Assembly (NCBI GenBank): GCA_963851265.1
Contig: CAWKNZ010000002.1
Span: 320,001 to 384,000 of the forward strand
DNA length: 64,000 nt
DNA from: an uncultured Gemmatimonadales bacterium
GTDB taxonomy: Bacteria > Gemmatimonadota > Gemmatimonadetes > Gemmatimonadales > Gemmatimonadaceae
Direction: 5' to 3'
This document shows, piece after piece, positions 31,471-41,574 of the stretch. The stretch's first letter is position 1; the number at the start of each line of letters is the position of its first letter. A program made the translations under genes and the position numbers. The notes under the pieces are model-generated. The model searched no databases. It was not told the origin of the DNA and was given only the letters and a program-made list of their open reading frames with translations.

Positions 31471-33198
31471 GTGCTCCCGCCCCGTGCTCATCGATCCGCT
31501 GCCGCGCTTCTCGCGGCGGCTCTGGTTTCCACGACCGCGCGCGGCCAGACCGTCTCGACGGGCGTCGCGCTACCGCCGGCGGCGACGGTCGCGCCCGACG
31601 AGCCGGTCGCGCGCGTGGCGGACGAGATGCTCGCCCTCGCGCCGGTTCGCGGTGCGATCGTCGGGCAGCGCCCGTATTCGGTTCGCGAGCTGACGCGACT
31701 CGCCCGGGCCGTGCAGCGCGCCGTCGCCGACCGGGCCGGTCGCGGCGCGCCGACGCCCGCCGACGCGCGCGCGACCGCGCTCGCCGAACAGGTGCTCGCC
31801 GCCCTGGGGGCGACGTCGGGCGCGGCAGCGCCGGCCGGCAGCGCCGCCGAACTGCGCGTGATCCCGCTGCAGTCGGTGCTGCTCTCCAGCGCGGCGACGA
31901 GCGCGCCCCTCCGCCGCGTCCCGGTCAACGGTCAACTCGGCGGCGTCGACGCGATCACGCTGCCGCCGCTCGACGGCCGGTTCGGGCGGCCGGCGGTGGA
32001 CGGCGTCTCGACCTCGCTCGAGACGGTGAGCGCGCTCGGCGTCGGCGGCTGGCTGTCGGTGGTCGCGCAGCCGCGCCTGACGTGGACCGCCGCGCCGGGC
32101 CACGCTCCCGTCGGCCCGGCGGGCAGCCGCGTGACGCTCGTGCCGCAGCGCCTGTACGTCCGCGCCGTGGTGGCGAACGTCGCCCTGGAGGCCGGCGTCG
32201 ACGAGCGCGTTTGGGGGCAGGCGCCGCTCGGCCCGGGGATGCCGGGTGGCACGCTCGTATCGGCCAACGCGCCGCCGCTGCACGCGGTCTCGGTCGGATC
32301 GGACACGGCGTTTTCGCTGCCGTGGCTACTGCGCTACCTCGGGCGTGTGCGCGCCGAGTTGTTCGTCGCGGACCTCGGCGCGCGCGACCAGATCTTCCCG
32401 CATTCGAAGCTCGCCGTCTACAAGGTCACGCTGAACCCGACGCCCAACGTGGAGCTCGGGGCCGGCATGATGGACGAGTTCGGCGGGAGGGGCGCGCCGC
32501 CGCTCCCGTTCGCGAGCCGGGTGACGGACCTCTTCCCGTTCCTCACGTGGCTCAAGAAGGGCGCCGACAAGCAGGAGTCGAACAAGATCGCGCCGCTCGA
32601 CGTGCGGGTGCGCGTGCCGGCCCTGCGGGGCGCGGAGGCGTACTGGGAGCTCTCGCTGGACGACTTCGACGCGCGCCGGCTGCGGAGCGTGCTGTGGCAG
32701 GATTCCGGGCACCTGTTCGGCGTCTCGCTGCCGCGGCTGCGCGACGACGGCGCGCTCGCGCTCGACGCGTTCTACCAGCACACGTCGCTGCGCCTGTACG
32801 AGCACGGCCAGTTCCAGTCGGGGGTCACGTACCGGGAGCAGATCATCGGCTCGCCGCTGGGGCCTAACGGGGAGGCGTTCACCGGCGCGCTCGCGTGGCG
32901 CCCGACGCCCACGCGCACCGTCCGCCTGGTCCTGACGGGCGAGCGCCGCGACCCCAGCCCCTACACGACGACGACCGTCGACGGCACGCCCGCGGGCGCG
33001 TTGAAGTTCGTACAGCTCGCGCGGCTTCCGGTCGAGGGGCGTGCGCGCGCGCAGGTCGCGCTCGAGCAGGGGCTGCCCGGGCGCGGCCGGTTCGTGACGG
33101 CCCGAGTGGGCGCGGACCGCGTGACGAACGAGAACTTCGTCGCGGGACAGACGCGCGTCCGGCCGTTCGGCGAGGCCGCGGTGCGGTTCGGTTTCTAG
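31471..33198 (+). CDS. Capsule assembly Wzi-family outer-membrane protein; start approximate
   Basis: Signal peptide; RVWG..G.LVSANAPP; SNKIA.LD; Y.H..F.SG.TY....IGSPLGPN; C-terminal Phe. Confidence 0.75.
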   Translation: MLPPRAHRSAAALLAAALVSTTARGQTVSTGVALPPAATVAPDEPVARVADEMLALAPVRGAIVGQRPYSVRELTRLARAVQRAVADRAGRGAPTPADARATALAEQVLAALGATSGAAAPAGSAAELRVIPLQSVLLSSAATSAPLRRVPVNGQLGGVDAITLPPLDGRFGRPAVDGVSTSLETVSALGVGGWLSVVAQPRLTWTAAPGHAPVGPAGSRVTLVPQRLYVRAVVANVALEAGVDERVWGQAPLGPGMPGGTLVSANAPPLHAVSVGSDTAFSLPWLLRYLGRVRAELFVADLGARDQIFPHSKLAVYKVTLNPTPNVELGAGMMDEFGGRGAPPLPFASRVTDLFPFLTWLKKGADKQESNKIAPLDVRVRVPALRGAEAYWELSLDDFDARRLRSVLWQDSGHLFGVSLPRLRDDGALALDAFYQHTSLRLYEHGQFQSGVTYREQIIGSPLGPNGEAFTGALAWRPTPTRTVRLVLTGERRDPSPYTTTTVDGTPAGALKFVQLARLPVEGRARAQVALEQGLPGRGRFVTARVGADRVTNENFVAGQTRVRPFGEAAVRFGF

Positions 33199-33245
33199 CG
33201 CCCGTATCGCGCGCGATTAGCTTAGACCGCCCCCGCTCCCAACCG

Positions 33246-33929
33246 ATGGTGCCTCCTTCCTTCCGCGGCCGCGCGGCCGCGCGCGCGGCCGCCCTCCTCC
33301 TGCTGACCGCGTGCGCCGGACAGACGCGCGTCGCCACGCGGCCGACCGTCGCGCCGGGGCCGCGCGTCGACGTGCCGGGCGTCGGGGAGCCGAAGGTCGC
33401 CGCCGGGACCGCCGTCGTCACCGAGGACGACCTCGCGTACCTCCGCGAACGCGAGCTGCTCGTCCCCGTGGCCGGCGCCCGCGCGGCGCGCATCGCGGGC
33501 AGCTTCGACGAGGACCGGAGCGGCGGGCGCGTGCACCACGCCACCGACATCCTCGCCCCGCGCGGCACGCCGGTGCTCGCCGCGGACGAGGGGCGCGTGT
33601 GGAAGATGCGCCCCAATGCGTTAGGCGGCATCACGATCTACGCCGTCGACCCGCTCGAGCGCTTCGTGTACTACTACGCCCACCTCGACCACTACCGCGA
33701 CGGCCTCGTCGAGGGCGCGACGGTGCAGAAGGGGGACACGCTCGGCTACGTCGGCACGACGGGCAACGCGCCGCCCGACGTGCCGCACCTCCACTTCCAG
33801 GTGGCGCGGCTCGGCGCGGACCGCCGCTACTGGGCGGGCACGCCCGTGGACGTGCTGCCGTTCCTGCGCGCGGCCGACGCCGCGCGGGCGAAGCGCGCCG
33901 CCGCGGGCGCGGTCACGGCGATTCGTTAG
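33246..33929 (+). CDS. M23-family peptidase lipoprotein
   Basis: LTAC lipobox; HHATD (HxxxD), YYAHLD, GYVGTTGNA, PHLHF. Confidence 0.92.
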   Translation: MVPPSFRGRAAARAAALLLLTACAGQTRVATRPTVAPGPRVDVPGVGEPKVAAGTAVVTEDDLAYLRERELLVPVAGARAARIAGSFDEDRSGGRVHHATDILAPRGTPVLAADEGRVWKMRPNALGGITIYAVDPLERFVYYYAHLDHYRDGLVEGATVQKGDTLGYVGTTGNAPPDVPHLHFQVARLGADRRYWAGTPVDVLPFLRAADAARAKRAAAGAVTAIR

Positions 33930-34147
33930 GCAATGCGAAGCGGGGGGCGGCCGTCACCGGCCGCCCCCCGCCCCGCACGCCCTCTGAGGTGCCGACGCCG
34001 CGCGCGTGCCCGGAGCCTCCGCGGGCCGGATCGGCGCCGGCCCGCGGCGCCGCCGTGGCCACCATGCGCCCGCGACGTGATCCAGTGTCGGCCGGGCCAC
34101 GCCGGACTGAAGTGCGCGGGGCGCCCGCCGCGGCGGAGACCGCCGCG

Positions 34148-35635
34148 TCAGAAGCGGAGCGCCAGGTACCGGTACGACGCCGTGTATTCCTGGTTGAACT
34201 GCTTGGGACCGTACAGCCACGCGCCGTTGACCCCGCCGGCGAACACGGCGTCCGCCTTGTCGTAGTAGCTCGCGTCGCCGGTCTGCCTGGCGATGAACGC
34301 GTACCCCGACGAGATGAGGTTGTTGAGGTCTGCCGCGCCCGGCGCGCCCCCCGACTCGCTCGATATCGAGCAGGCACCCTCGATGTACGTGAACGCCGAC
34401 GACGCGGTGAACCAGTCGTTCGCCCACATGTAGTCGACCGCGCGTTTGATCGACGCGACGACGCGAGGGTCGGGCTGCACCTGCGTGTAGTAGCGGATGA
34501 GCGCGTCGTTCAGCATGCCCACCATGTACGGCTTGTTGTACCCGCACTGGTGGTAGTACGGGTACGACCCGCTGCTGTCCTGGCCGGCGACGATCCGCCC
34601 GACCAGGTCCTGCATGATCGCGCGGTAGTCGTACCCCGCGGGGCTCTTCACGCCAAGCAGGTATGCGTCGATGATCGCGTTGAGGACGCGCGCGGAGTTG
34701 CGCGAGTCGCCGTCGCTGGTGCTCGTGGGCGCCACCCCGGCGGTGTAGTTCCAGTAGCCGTGCGGGTTCGCCATGTAGTCCGCGACGAAGGCCACGGTGT
34801 TCGCCGACGTCGTGTCGTGCGTGACCAGCGCGTGCAGCGCCACGCCGTCGAGCATCATCCGGTACGACTGCGGATAGTACGGCAGCGTCAGCACGTCGGC
34901 GGTCGGGTTCGCGGGGTCCGGCCCGGTCTTGCCGGCCAGGTAGTCGCGCGTGACGAGGGCCAGCTTGTTGGCGCGGTCGAGGTACGTCGCGTTGCCCGTG
35001 CGCGCCCACCACACGTAGTAGATCATCGCGCGGTCGTAGAAGTTCGCACCCTGAGGCGACGTGCTGTCGATCTGCCAGTGGTAGTCGGCGAGCTTCGCGA
35101 AGTCCGCCTCGTACCGCGCGAACGCGCCGCCCATGGCCTGCACGGCCGCGACGCTCGGCACGTTCGCCGCACCCATGTAGGCGAGGACCGCGGCCGGGGT
35201 CGCGGTGGCCGGCGCGGGCGGCGCGGCGGCGGGGCGTCCGGCGGCCGCGGCGACCACGACGTGCACGCTGTCGACCACGGCGTGCGCCTGCACCGCGCGC
35301 AACGTGGCCGCCCCCGGGGCGACCGCGCGCGCGAATCCGTTAGGCATCACGGCCGCGACCGCCGAGTCGGACGTCGTCCACGTCACGGGGCCGTTCGCCG
35401 CGGGGGTCGTCCGCGTCACGGCGAGCAGGATCGAGTCCCGCACGGCGACCGTGTCGGTCTTCACGGCGACGGCCCCGTTCGCGGGTTGGACGGCCGGCGT
35501 CGTCGCGGGTGGAGCGTCGGGAGCCGTCACGGCGCGGTCCTGACACGCGGCGGACGCGAGGGCGATCGAGAGAAACCAGGCGGTGCCACGAGCGCGGGCG
35601 ATGCCGCGGCGCGCGGCGGCCGGAGAGGCCTGCAT
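34148..35635 (-). CDS. Lipoprotein with N-terminal Big_2 (Ig-like) domain and Tyr/Trp-rich helical C-terminal domain
   Basis: SAAC lipobox; VTWTTSDSAVAAV..G..AVAPG.AT Big_2 pattern; WARTGNATYLDRA and RQTGDASYYDKA repeats typical of (alpha/alpha)6 barrels. Confidence 0.7.
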   Translation of the reverse strand: MQASPAAARRGIARARGTAWFLSIALASAACQDRAVTAPDAPPATTPAVQPANGAVAVKTDTVAVRDSILLAVTRTTPAANGPVTWTTSDSAVAAVMPNGFARAVAPGAATLRAVQAHAVVDSVHVVVAAAAGRPAAAPPAPATATPAAVLAYMGAANVPSVAAVQAMGGAFARYEADFAKLADYHWQIDSTSPQGANFYDRAMIYYVWWARTGNATYLDRANKLALVTRDYLAGKTGPDPANPTADVLTLPYYPQSYRMMLDGVALHALVTHDTTSANTVAFVADYMANPHGYWNYTAGVAPTSTSDGDSRNSARVLNAIIDAYLLGVKSPAGYDYRAIMQDLVGRIVAGQDSSGSYPYYHQCGYNKPYMVGMLNDALIRYYTQVQPDPRVVASIKRAVDYMWANDWFTASSAFTYIEGACSISSESGGAPGAADLNNLISSGYAFIARQTGDASYYDKADAVFAGGVNGAWLYGPKQFNQEYTASYRYLALRF

Positions 35636-35654
35636 GAGGCGGGAGCGTGACGAG

Positions 35655-35762
35655 GTTCGGCGGCCCGACGAGCGTGGCGGCGGGGACACCTGCGGTGCCG
35701 ACCGGGCGGTAGCCTCGTAGCTTTGCGTCGCCGCCTTTCGACGGGTTTGCCGTGGTCGCCCT
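35655..35762 (-). ncRNA. c-di-GMP-I (GEMM-I) riboswitch
   Basis: Minus strand reads GGCAAAC-CCGTC-GAAA-GGCGG-CGACGCAAAGC-TACGAGGCTAC...CTCGTCGGGCCGCCGAA, matching the GEMM-I consensus; ends about 20 nt before the ATG at 35635. Confidence 0.88.
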
Positions 35763-35902
35763 CAGCAGCCGCGTCTGGCGCGGGTCGCGGAGCGTGCCGC
35801 GCGGCGTTGGCACGGGCGGCGCGTTGGAGTGTCGGCGGGCCGCCGCCGGGGCTGAACGCGGCCGGCTTCGTCGTCCTGCAGATCTGACCGAAGGAGCACG
35901 CC

Positions 35903-36214
35903 GTGCCGATGACCGGAAAGGAGCGCGCAGCCCTGCGTGCCGAAGCGCACCACCTCACACCCCTCGTCCACGTCGGACACCAGGGGCTCACGCCGACCCT
36001 CTTTCAGGCGCTCGACGACGCGCTGCGCGCGCGCGAGCTGGTCAAGGTCCAGCTCGCGCGCACGGTCGACGTGCCGGTCAAGGACGCGGCCAACGCGCTC
36101 GCGACGGCGTCGGCCGCAGAAGTCGTGCAGGTGATCGGGCGAACCGCGACCCTGTACCGGCACAACCCGGAGTTGCCGCGGAAGGCCGGCGCCGAGCCGC
36201 CGTGGCGCGTCTGA
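35903..36214 (+). CDS. yhbY: YhbY (CRM-domain) RNA-binding protein
   Basis: MTGKERAALRAEAHHLTP.VHVG..G, ELVKV, VQVIGR...LYR; AAGGAG SD. Confidence 0.92.
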   Translation: MPMTGKERAALRAEAHHLTPLVHVGHQGLTPTLFQALDDALRARELVKVQLARTVDVPVKDAANALATASAAEVVQVIGRTATLYRHNPELPRKAGAEPPWRV

Positions 36215-36257
36215 CGACGCGCCGGGCGTTCGACGTGGCCGCGATCCGCCGCTCGCG

Positions 36258-36650
36258 TTAGGGCTTGTACGTGATCGGAAGCTGGACGCGGGCGCGGACG
36301 GCCGATCCGTCCTTCTTCCCCGGCACGAATTCCATCTTCTCGACCACCGACTTCGCCGCGCCGGCGAGGCTGGGCGTCGACGCCGACACGACTTCGATGC
36401 TGCTCGGCTCGACGTGCCCGTCCTTGTTGATGGTGAACATGATCTGGACGGTGCCGCTCACGTTCGCGCGACGCAGGTCCTCAGGCATCGAGCGCGCGAT
36501 GAGGCGCGCGGTGGCCGCGGGGGAGACGAGCTTCGGCGGCGAGCTCAGATCTTCTCCGCCGTAGACGTCGGCCGCTTGGGCGTGTGCGAACGTCGGGATG
36601 GCGAGCGCGGCGACGAGGCCGAGGGCGGCGGGAAACGTGCGAGCGAACAT
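36258..36650 (-). CDS. Small secreted TonB C-terminal-domain protein
   Basis: Signal peptide AHA|Q; P..LRRANVSGTV..F.INKDG.V...FVPGKKDG.AV. Confidence 0.8.
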   Translation of the reverse strand: MFARTFPAALGLVAALAIPTFAHAQAADVYGGEDLSSPPKLVSPAATARLIARSMPEDLRRANVSGTVQIMFTINKDGHVEPSSIEVVSASTPSLAGAAKSVVEKMEFVPGKKDGSAVRARVQLPITYKP

Positions 36651-36827
36651 GGGAAGGATTTCGAGGGAGGCCGACGATGTCACGATGACGCGGGCCACGG
36701 TCGTGGCGCCGAAGCATCGGGCCGTGAGCAGGAACGTCGGCATCTCCGCGGCGAAAGTTGAACGCGCGTTTGGAGCTAAGTCGCTGCTCCGTAGACGCTT
36801 ATCGACCCGTCATGATCCGACGCACGC

Positions 36828-36858
36828 AAAAGGGCGGGGCCGCGTGGCCCCGCCCTTC
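36828..36858 (-). terminator. Intrinsic terminator after the Omp85-like gene
   Basis: aaaagggcggggcc-gcgt-ggccccgccctt; U-tract on the minus strand. Confidence 0.7.
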
Positions 36859-36919
36859 ACGTGTCCGTGCGTCGAGATGACCGCCGTGCCGGGCCGAGAC
36901 CCGGCGCGCGCTCGCGCGC

Positions 36920-39900
36920 TTACCAGCCCGGCGCGAGTTGGAAGCCGACCACGTTCGGCTTGTCCGGACGCTGGAACGCGTGGGCGTAGAACACTTCGAC
37001 GACCGCGAAGCCGAGCAGGTTGATGCGGGTCGAGACACCCGTGCTCGCGATCGGGATGTTGCGCGTCGCATTTCGCGCCGCGTCGCCCGTGAGGAACTTG
37101 AGTTCGGGGCTATTCAGCCCGCTCCACGCGACGCCCGCGTCGACGAACGGGACGAGGTCGACGGGCAGGATGTTGGTGTTGATGAGCCCGAGGCCGGCCG
37201 GCGCGAGCAGGGGGATGCGGAATTCCGCGCTCGCCACGGCGATGCGGTTGCCAAACAGTCGCGCGAGGGCCGGGCATCCGCTGTAGGACGTGGCGTTCCC
37301 GCACTCGCCCGCCAGGTTGTTGCTGCTCAGCAGGTCGTAGCCACGAACCAGGCTGGGGAGGCCGACGTAGTACGGCTGCGACGGGCTGAATTCGCCATAG
37401 CCGTTGAACAGGCTGTCGAGGTTCGTGCCCTGGTTCGAGTTGCCGCCGTAGCGCCCGATGTGCAGCCCGCGGAAGGCGAACGTGACCGGCCGCATGTACA
37501 GGTACTGCCGGTAGTCAGCCGTGATCGCGGTGTAGTGCAGGTCGCCGAAGCTCGGCGCGACTTCCAGACGGTAGCGAGCGCCGGCAATGGGCGACGTCAG
37601 GCCGAAGGTGGAGTAGTCACCGACGAAGCCCGCGCTGAGCTGGGCGTAGTTGTAGGCCGGCGACAGTCCGGTCACGCGCCCGCTCGTCTGCCCGATCACG
37701 TAGCTCCCGCTCGGGTCGAGTTGCGTGGTGTACTGCCGGGCGCTCACGGTCTGGCGCGTGAGGCCGGCCGTGAACTCGAAGCGCTGCGTCGAGTTGAGCG
37801 GGTACTGCGTGATGCCGTAGACGAAGTCCTGCGTGACGCGGCCGATGTACTGGGTGTAGTTGATGTTGCCCTGCGCGTCGTACGCCGCGCCGGCCACGCC
37901 GAAGGGAATCGGCACGTGCCCGATGCCGCCGCCGAAGTTCCAGCGGTACTTGCTGTTGATGTACTGCACCTGGCCGCCGATGTCGGCGAGCTGGCCTTGT
38001 GCCTGCACGACGGCGGCGAGGTTCTGGTTGCCGAGCTGGTCGCTGAAGAAGGCCGCGACCCCGCCGCTCACGCCCGTGCCGAAGTACGAGTTGTAGCCGA
38101 CGCCCACGGTGGGCGGGGCGACGTAGTCGAGCGAGATGCGCGGCACGAGCTTGGTGTGCGCGAACGTGGTGTCGGCGCGCGGCAGACCGTTGCCGGCGTC
38201 GGCGAGGTAGCCTTCGATCGCGCTCGAGCGGCCGGGGGTGGCGGGCGGAAGCACTCCCCCCGCGCCCGCGGCGGTCGCGTCGGCGACACCGACGGCGGTC
38301 GTCGCACTCGCGGCCGCCGAGATGGCGTTGTTAGGCGCGGTGGCGGCCGTGCCCGAGCTCACGATGGCGTTGGTGGTGCCGCCGGTCGCGCTACCGCTGG
38401 CCGCCACGGCGGGCGCGGCGGTGGTGGCCGGCACGGGCGTCCCCTGCGCCTCACTCGCCTCGAGGCGTACGATGTCATAGCCGCCGCGGTCGAAGACGGA
38501 GAACATCACGCGGCCCGTCTGCCGCGCGACCGAGATGGCGGGCGAGAGGTTGGTGATGCCCGCGACGCCGGTGGCGCTGCGCGTGAGCCGGTAGCGCTGC
38601 CCGCTCGCGAGATCCTGGCGGTACAGGTCCGAGAAGCCGTCCGGGTCGGCCACGTAGTAGATGGACCGGCCGTCGGGGGCGAACTGCGGATTGATGTGCC
38701 GCGCGCCGGGGAAGCCGTCGAGCACGCGCAGTTGCCGCGTGTCGAGGTCGAAGATCCCGATGCGGGTCGGCGCGAAGGTCATGCGCTCGAAGTCCGTTCC
38801 CGGGCCCTGGTCGGTGACGAAGGCGAGCGTGCGGCCGTCGGGGCTCCACGCCGGCTGGAGCTGGGCGTAACGGTCGTTGGTCAGCCGCGTCACGCGGTCC
38901 GACGCGAGGTCGTACGTGTAGAGGTCGGAGATCCCGCCGACCTGGCCGACGAAGGCGAGCGTGCGGCCGTCGGGGCTCCACGACGGGTCGAGCGCGGCGC
39001 CGATACCCGGTGTCTTGAGCGTGCGTTCCGTCTTGCGACGCAGCACGTCGTAGACCTGGATCACCTGGTTCCCCTGCTCGTAGACGACGTACGCGAAGCG
39101 GCGGCCGTCGGGGCTCCACGTGCCGGCGGAGTTGACGAACGAGAGCGCGTCGAAGTGCCGGGGCGAGTTCAGTGACCCGAGCTGCGCGGTGACCTTCCCG
39201 GTCTCCGCATCGGCGAGGTAGATCTCGATGCTGAACAGCCCGCGGCTCGAGTAGAAGGCGACCGTGCGCCCGTCGGGGCTCACCGTGGGGCCGATGTTGT
39301 ACTCGCCGCCGCGCTTGGTGCGCTGGAGGATGATCGGCTTGGCCGTGCCGTCAGGGGGCGTGCGTCCGGCGATGAGCGGCAGGTACGCGCCCTGGATCGA
39401 CGCCTTCCAGTCCTTCGAGAGCTGGTCGGTCGAGACGTCGAGCGTGCGCCGGATGGCGCCCTCGAAGCCGTAGCGCAGCGCGGCACGGTAGACGTCGACG
39501 ACGGCCTGATCGCCGTAGCGGCCGCCCACGTACGCCCACAGCGCCTGCCCGTAGCGGTACGGGAAGTAGCGCGGGTCGTTGGTCAGCTGCTTGATGGTCG
39601 GCACGTCGTTGCGGCGCGCGGCGTCGCGCAGCCACATCGCGGTGTTCACGTCCGAGCGGCCGAGCGAGAGGTACTCCGCCATGCCCTCGATGAGCCAGAG
39701 GGGGAGCGTGTTGAGCCCCTGCTGCGCGCCCGGGGTGGCGTTGGCAATGTCGTACTGGAAGACGTGCACCAGCTCGTGGCCGAGCACGTGGTTGTTGTCC
39801 GCGTACACGCCCGTGAAGGGCATGATGACGCGCTGGCGGAAGCTCTCGGTGACGCCGCCCGTACCTTCGCTCTCGATGTCGGTGATGTTGTTCTGCTGGA

Positions 39901-40222
39901 AGTCCGACTGGTCCGAGAAGAAGACGATCGTCTTGCGCTGGAACGTGTGCCGCATGAACGGGCTCAGGCGCGCGTACCACCGTTCGGCGAGTCGGCCGCC
40001 GTCCTCGGCAGCCTGCTGCTCGTAGGGGTAGTACAGGACGTCGAAGTGCGGCGTCTTGAGCGTCCGGAAGTTGAAGGTCTGGTAGTTGACCTTGTTCCGA
40101 CCGAAGTATTGCGCGTCGGCCGAGCGACTGACTCCGGCGAACGCGGCGAGGGTGGGGAGGACGACGGCAGCCGCGCGCGCGAGGCGCCGCAGTACCGAGG
40201 TGAGGGCTGCTGGGCGGTGCAT
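36920..40222 (-). CDS. Zn-peptidase (MA clan) + PD40/TolB-like propeller + Omp85/BamA-like beta-barrel protein
   Basis: Signal peptide ADA|QYFGRNKV; HELVH and WLIEGMAEY; repeated WSPDG; VRGY motif; C-terminal Trp. Confidence 0.85.
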   Translation of the reverse strand: MHRPAALTSVLRRLARAAAVVLPTLAAFAGVSRSADAQYFGRNKVNYQTFNFRTLKTPHFDVLYYPYEQQAAEDGGRLAERWYARLSPFMRHTFQRKTIVFFSDQSDFQQNNITDIESEGTGGVTESFRQRVIMPFTGVYADNNHVLGHELVHVFQYDIANATPGAQQGLNTLPLWLIEGMAEYLSLGRSDVNTAMWLRDAARRNDVPTIKQLTNDPRYFPYRYGQALWAYVGGRYGDQAVVDVYRAALRYGFEGAIRRTLDVSTDQLSKDWKASIQGAYLPLIAGRTPPDGTAKPIILQRTKRGGEYNIGPTVSPDGRTVAFYSSRGLFSIEIYLADAETGKVTAQLGSLNSPRHFDALSFVNSAGTWSPDGRRFAYVVYEQGNQVIQVYDVLRRKTERTLKTPGIGAALDPSWSPDGRTLAFVGQVGGISDLYTYDLASDRVTRLTNDRYAQLQPAWSPDGRTLAFVTDQGPGTDFERMTFAPTRIGIFDLDTRQLRVLDGFPGARHINPQFAPDGRSIYYVADPDGFSDLYRQDLASGQRYRLTRSATGVAGITNLSPAISVARQTGRVMFSVFDRGGYDIVRLEASEAQGTPVPATTAAPAVAASGSATGGTTNAIVSSGTAATAPNNAISAAASATTAVGVADATAAGAGGVLPPATPGRSSAIEGYLADAGNGLPRADTTFAHTKLVPRISLDYVAPPTVGVGYNSYFGTGVSGGVAAFFSDQLGNQNLAAVVQAQGQLADIGGQVQYINSKYRWNFGGGIGHVPIPFGVAGAAYDAQGNINYTQYIGRVTQDFVYGITQYPLNSTQRFEFTAGLTRQTVSARQYTTQLDPSGSYVIGQTSGRVTGLSPAYNYAQLSAGFVGDYSTFGLTSPIAGARYRLEVAPSFGDLHYTAITADYRQYLYMRPVTFAFRGLHIGRYGGNSNQGTNLDSLFNGYGEFSPSQPYYVGLPSLVRGYDLLSSNNLAGECGNATSYSGCPALARLFGNRIAVASAEFRIPLLAPAGLGLINTNILPVDLVPFVDAGVAWSGLNSPELKFLTGDAARNATRNIPIASTGVSTRINLLGFAVVEVFYAHAFQRPDKPNVVGFQLAPGW

Positions 40223-40587
40223 CGATCGGATCCCCGTGCAGGGGTGGCACGAACGGCCGCGACCGGTCGGTAGCCGGGGCGGCGGTGCGTTGGAGCGGCG
40301 ACGCGTGAGCGAGCGCGCCACGGGTGACGGGGCAACTGCCATACCACGTGCGCGCCAGCCCGCGCCGGACGTCACGTTCGTAAAGCTCCCGTCGACCCGT
40401 AACACACTTCGGAACGCTCGTTCCCTCACGCCCCCAACCACAAACGCCGGCGCCGGTCGTTGGGGTCCCTGTGCATCTCCCTGCCGCGGCGCCTTGTTAG
40501 CCTTGAACGTGCCCCGGTAACTTGCGCGCGGATAGACCGTCGCCCTCGTCGCCTCGTACCCGTCTCACCGTCCGCGACCCCACGCCC

Positions 40588-40851
40588 ATGCCGTACGTCA
40601 TCACCGAAGCCTGCATCAACGTCAAGGACAAGTCGTGCGTCGACGTCTGCCCCGTCGACTGCATCTACGAGGGGGGCGACCAGCTCTACATCCACCCCGA
40701 CGAGTGCATCGACTGTGGGGCCTGCGAGCCGGAATGCCCGGTCACGGCGATCTTCCCCGAGGAGGACGTGCCGTCCACGATGGCCGTGTTCATCACGAAG
40801 AACCGCGACGTGTTCAAGAGCCCCACGCCGCCGGGCCGCCCGACGCGCTGA
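40588..40851 (+). CDS. 7Fe-type ferredoxin (FdxA family)
   Basis: [24 protein letters not shown]...[12 protein letters not shown]. Confidence 0.95.
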   Translation: MPYVITEACINVKDKSCVDVCPVDCIYEGGDQLYIHPDECIDCGACEPECPVTAIFPEEDVPSTMAVFITKNRDVFKSPTPPGRPTR

Positions 40852-40926
40852 CCGGCCGCGGGCGCAGGACGGCAGGCCCCCGCTCCGGCGGGGGCCTTCT
40901 CGCGTCCGGCGCCCGTGGGCCGCGTG

Positions 40927-41574
40927 CTACCGCATGGTGACCCAGTGCTTGACGCCCAGCGCGGCGGCGAGTCCGACATATTGCAGCAGCGTCGACACCT
41001 CGCTGCGGAGCGCCTCCCCCCACGCATGCGGCCCGTGCTCGGGCGGACGCGGCGGGCGCGGAAACCAGCGCGGGGTGCGCGCCTTGTACGCGAGGTATTC
41101 GGCGCCGAAGATCGACTCGAGCACGCCCTCCTCGTAGCGCACGATGAGCGTGTACTCGACGGCGAACAGGAGCGCGGCGACGGGGAGGAACCACAGCACG
41201 CCGCTCGCGACGACGACGCCGAGCCAGGCGAAGAAGTTGCCGACGTAGAGCGGATTCCGCATCCACGTGAAGATGCCGTACGTGACGAGCCGTTGCACGG
41301 AGCGCGAACGGCGTCGCGTGACCGTCCCCGCGGCGGCGACTCCGGCGAGGCGGAACAGCTCGCCGAACACGACCAGCAGGCCGCCCGCGACCCACGCCGT
41401 AACGTGCTGCCCGGGGCCGAGCGTGGACGGTGCGAGCAGGGGGACGGCGACGAACGGCACCGGCAGCCAGCCGCGGTTGCGGAATAGCACCGCACCGAGC
41501 GCGGCGGCGCGCGTCTGCTCGGCTTGGGAGACGGCTGCGTCGGCGGCGGACGGGGTGTGGGGGGCGGTCGTCAC
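40927..41574 (-). CDS. ICMT/PEMT-family membrane methyltransferase
   Basis: LVTYGIFTWMRNPLYVG, EEGVL..FGAEY..Y...TPRWFP. Confidence 0.88.
   Translation of the reverse strand: MTTAPHTPSAADAAVSQAEQTRAAALGAVLFRNRGWLPVPFVAVPLLAPSTLGPGQHVTAWVAGGLLVVFGELFRLAGVAAAGTVTRRRSRSVQRLVTYGIFTWMRNPLYVGNFFAWLGVVVASGVLWFLPVAALLFAVEYTLIVRYEEGVLESIFGAEYLAYKARTPRWFPRPPRPPEHGPHAWGEALRSEVSTLLQYVGLAAALGVKHWVTMR

Noticed and set aside
40495..40520. GG-N10-GC sigma-54-like site on the minus strand upstream of the Omp85-like gene
   Set aside because: The -12 element reads AGGC rather than TTGC; too weak in GC-rich DNA
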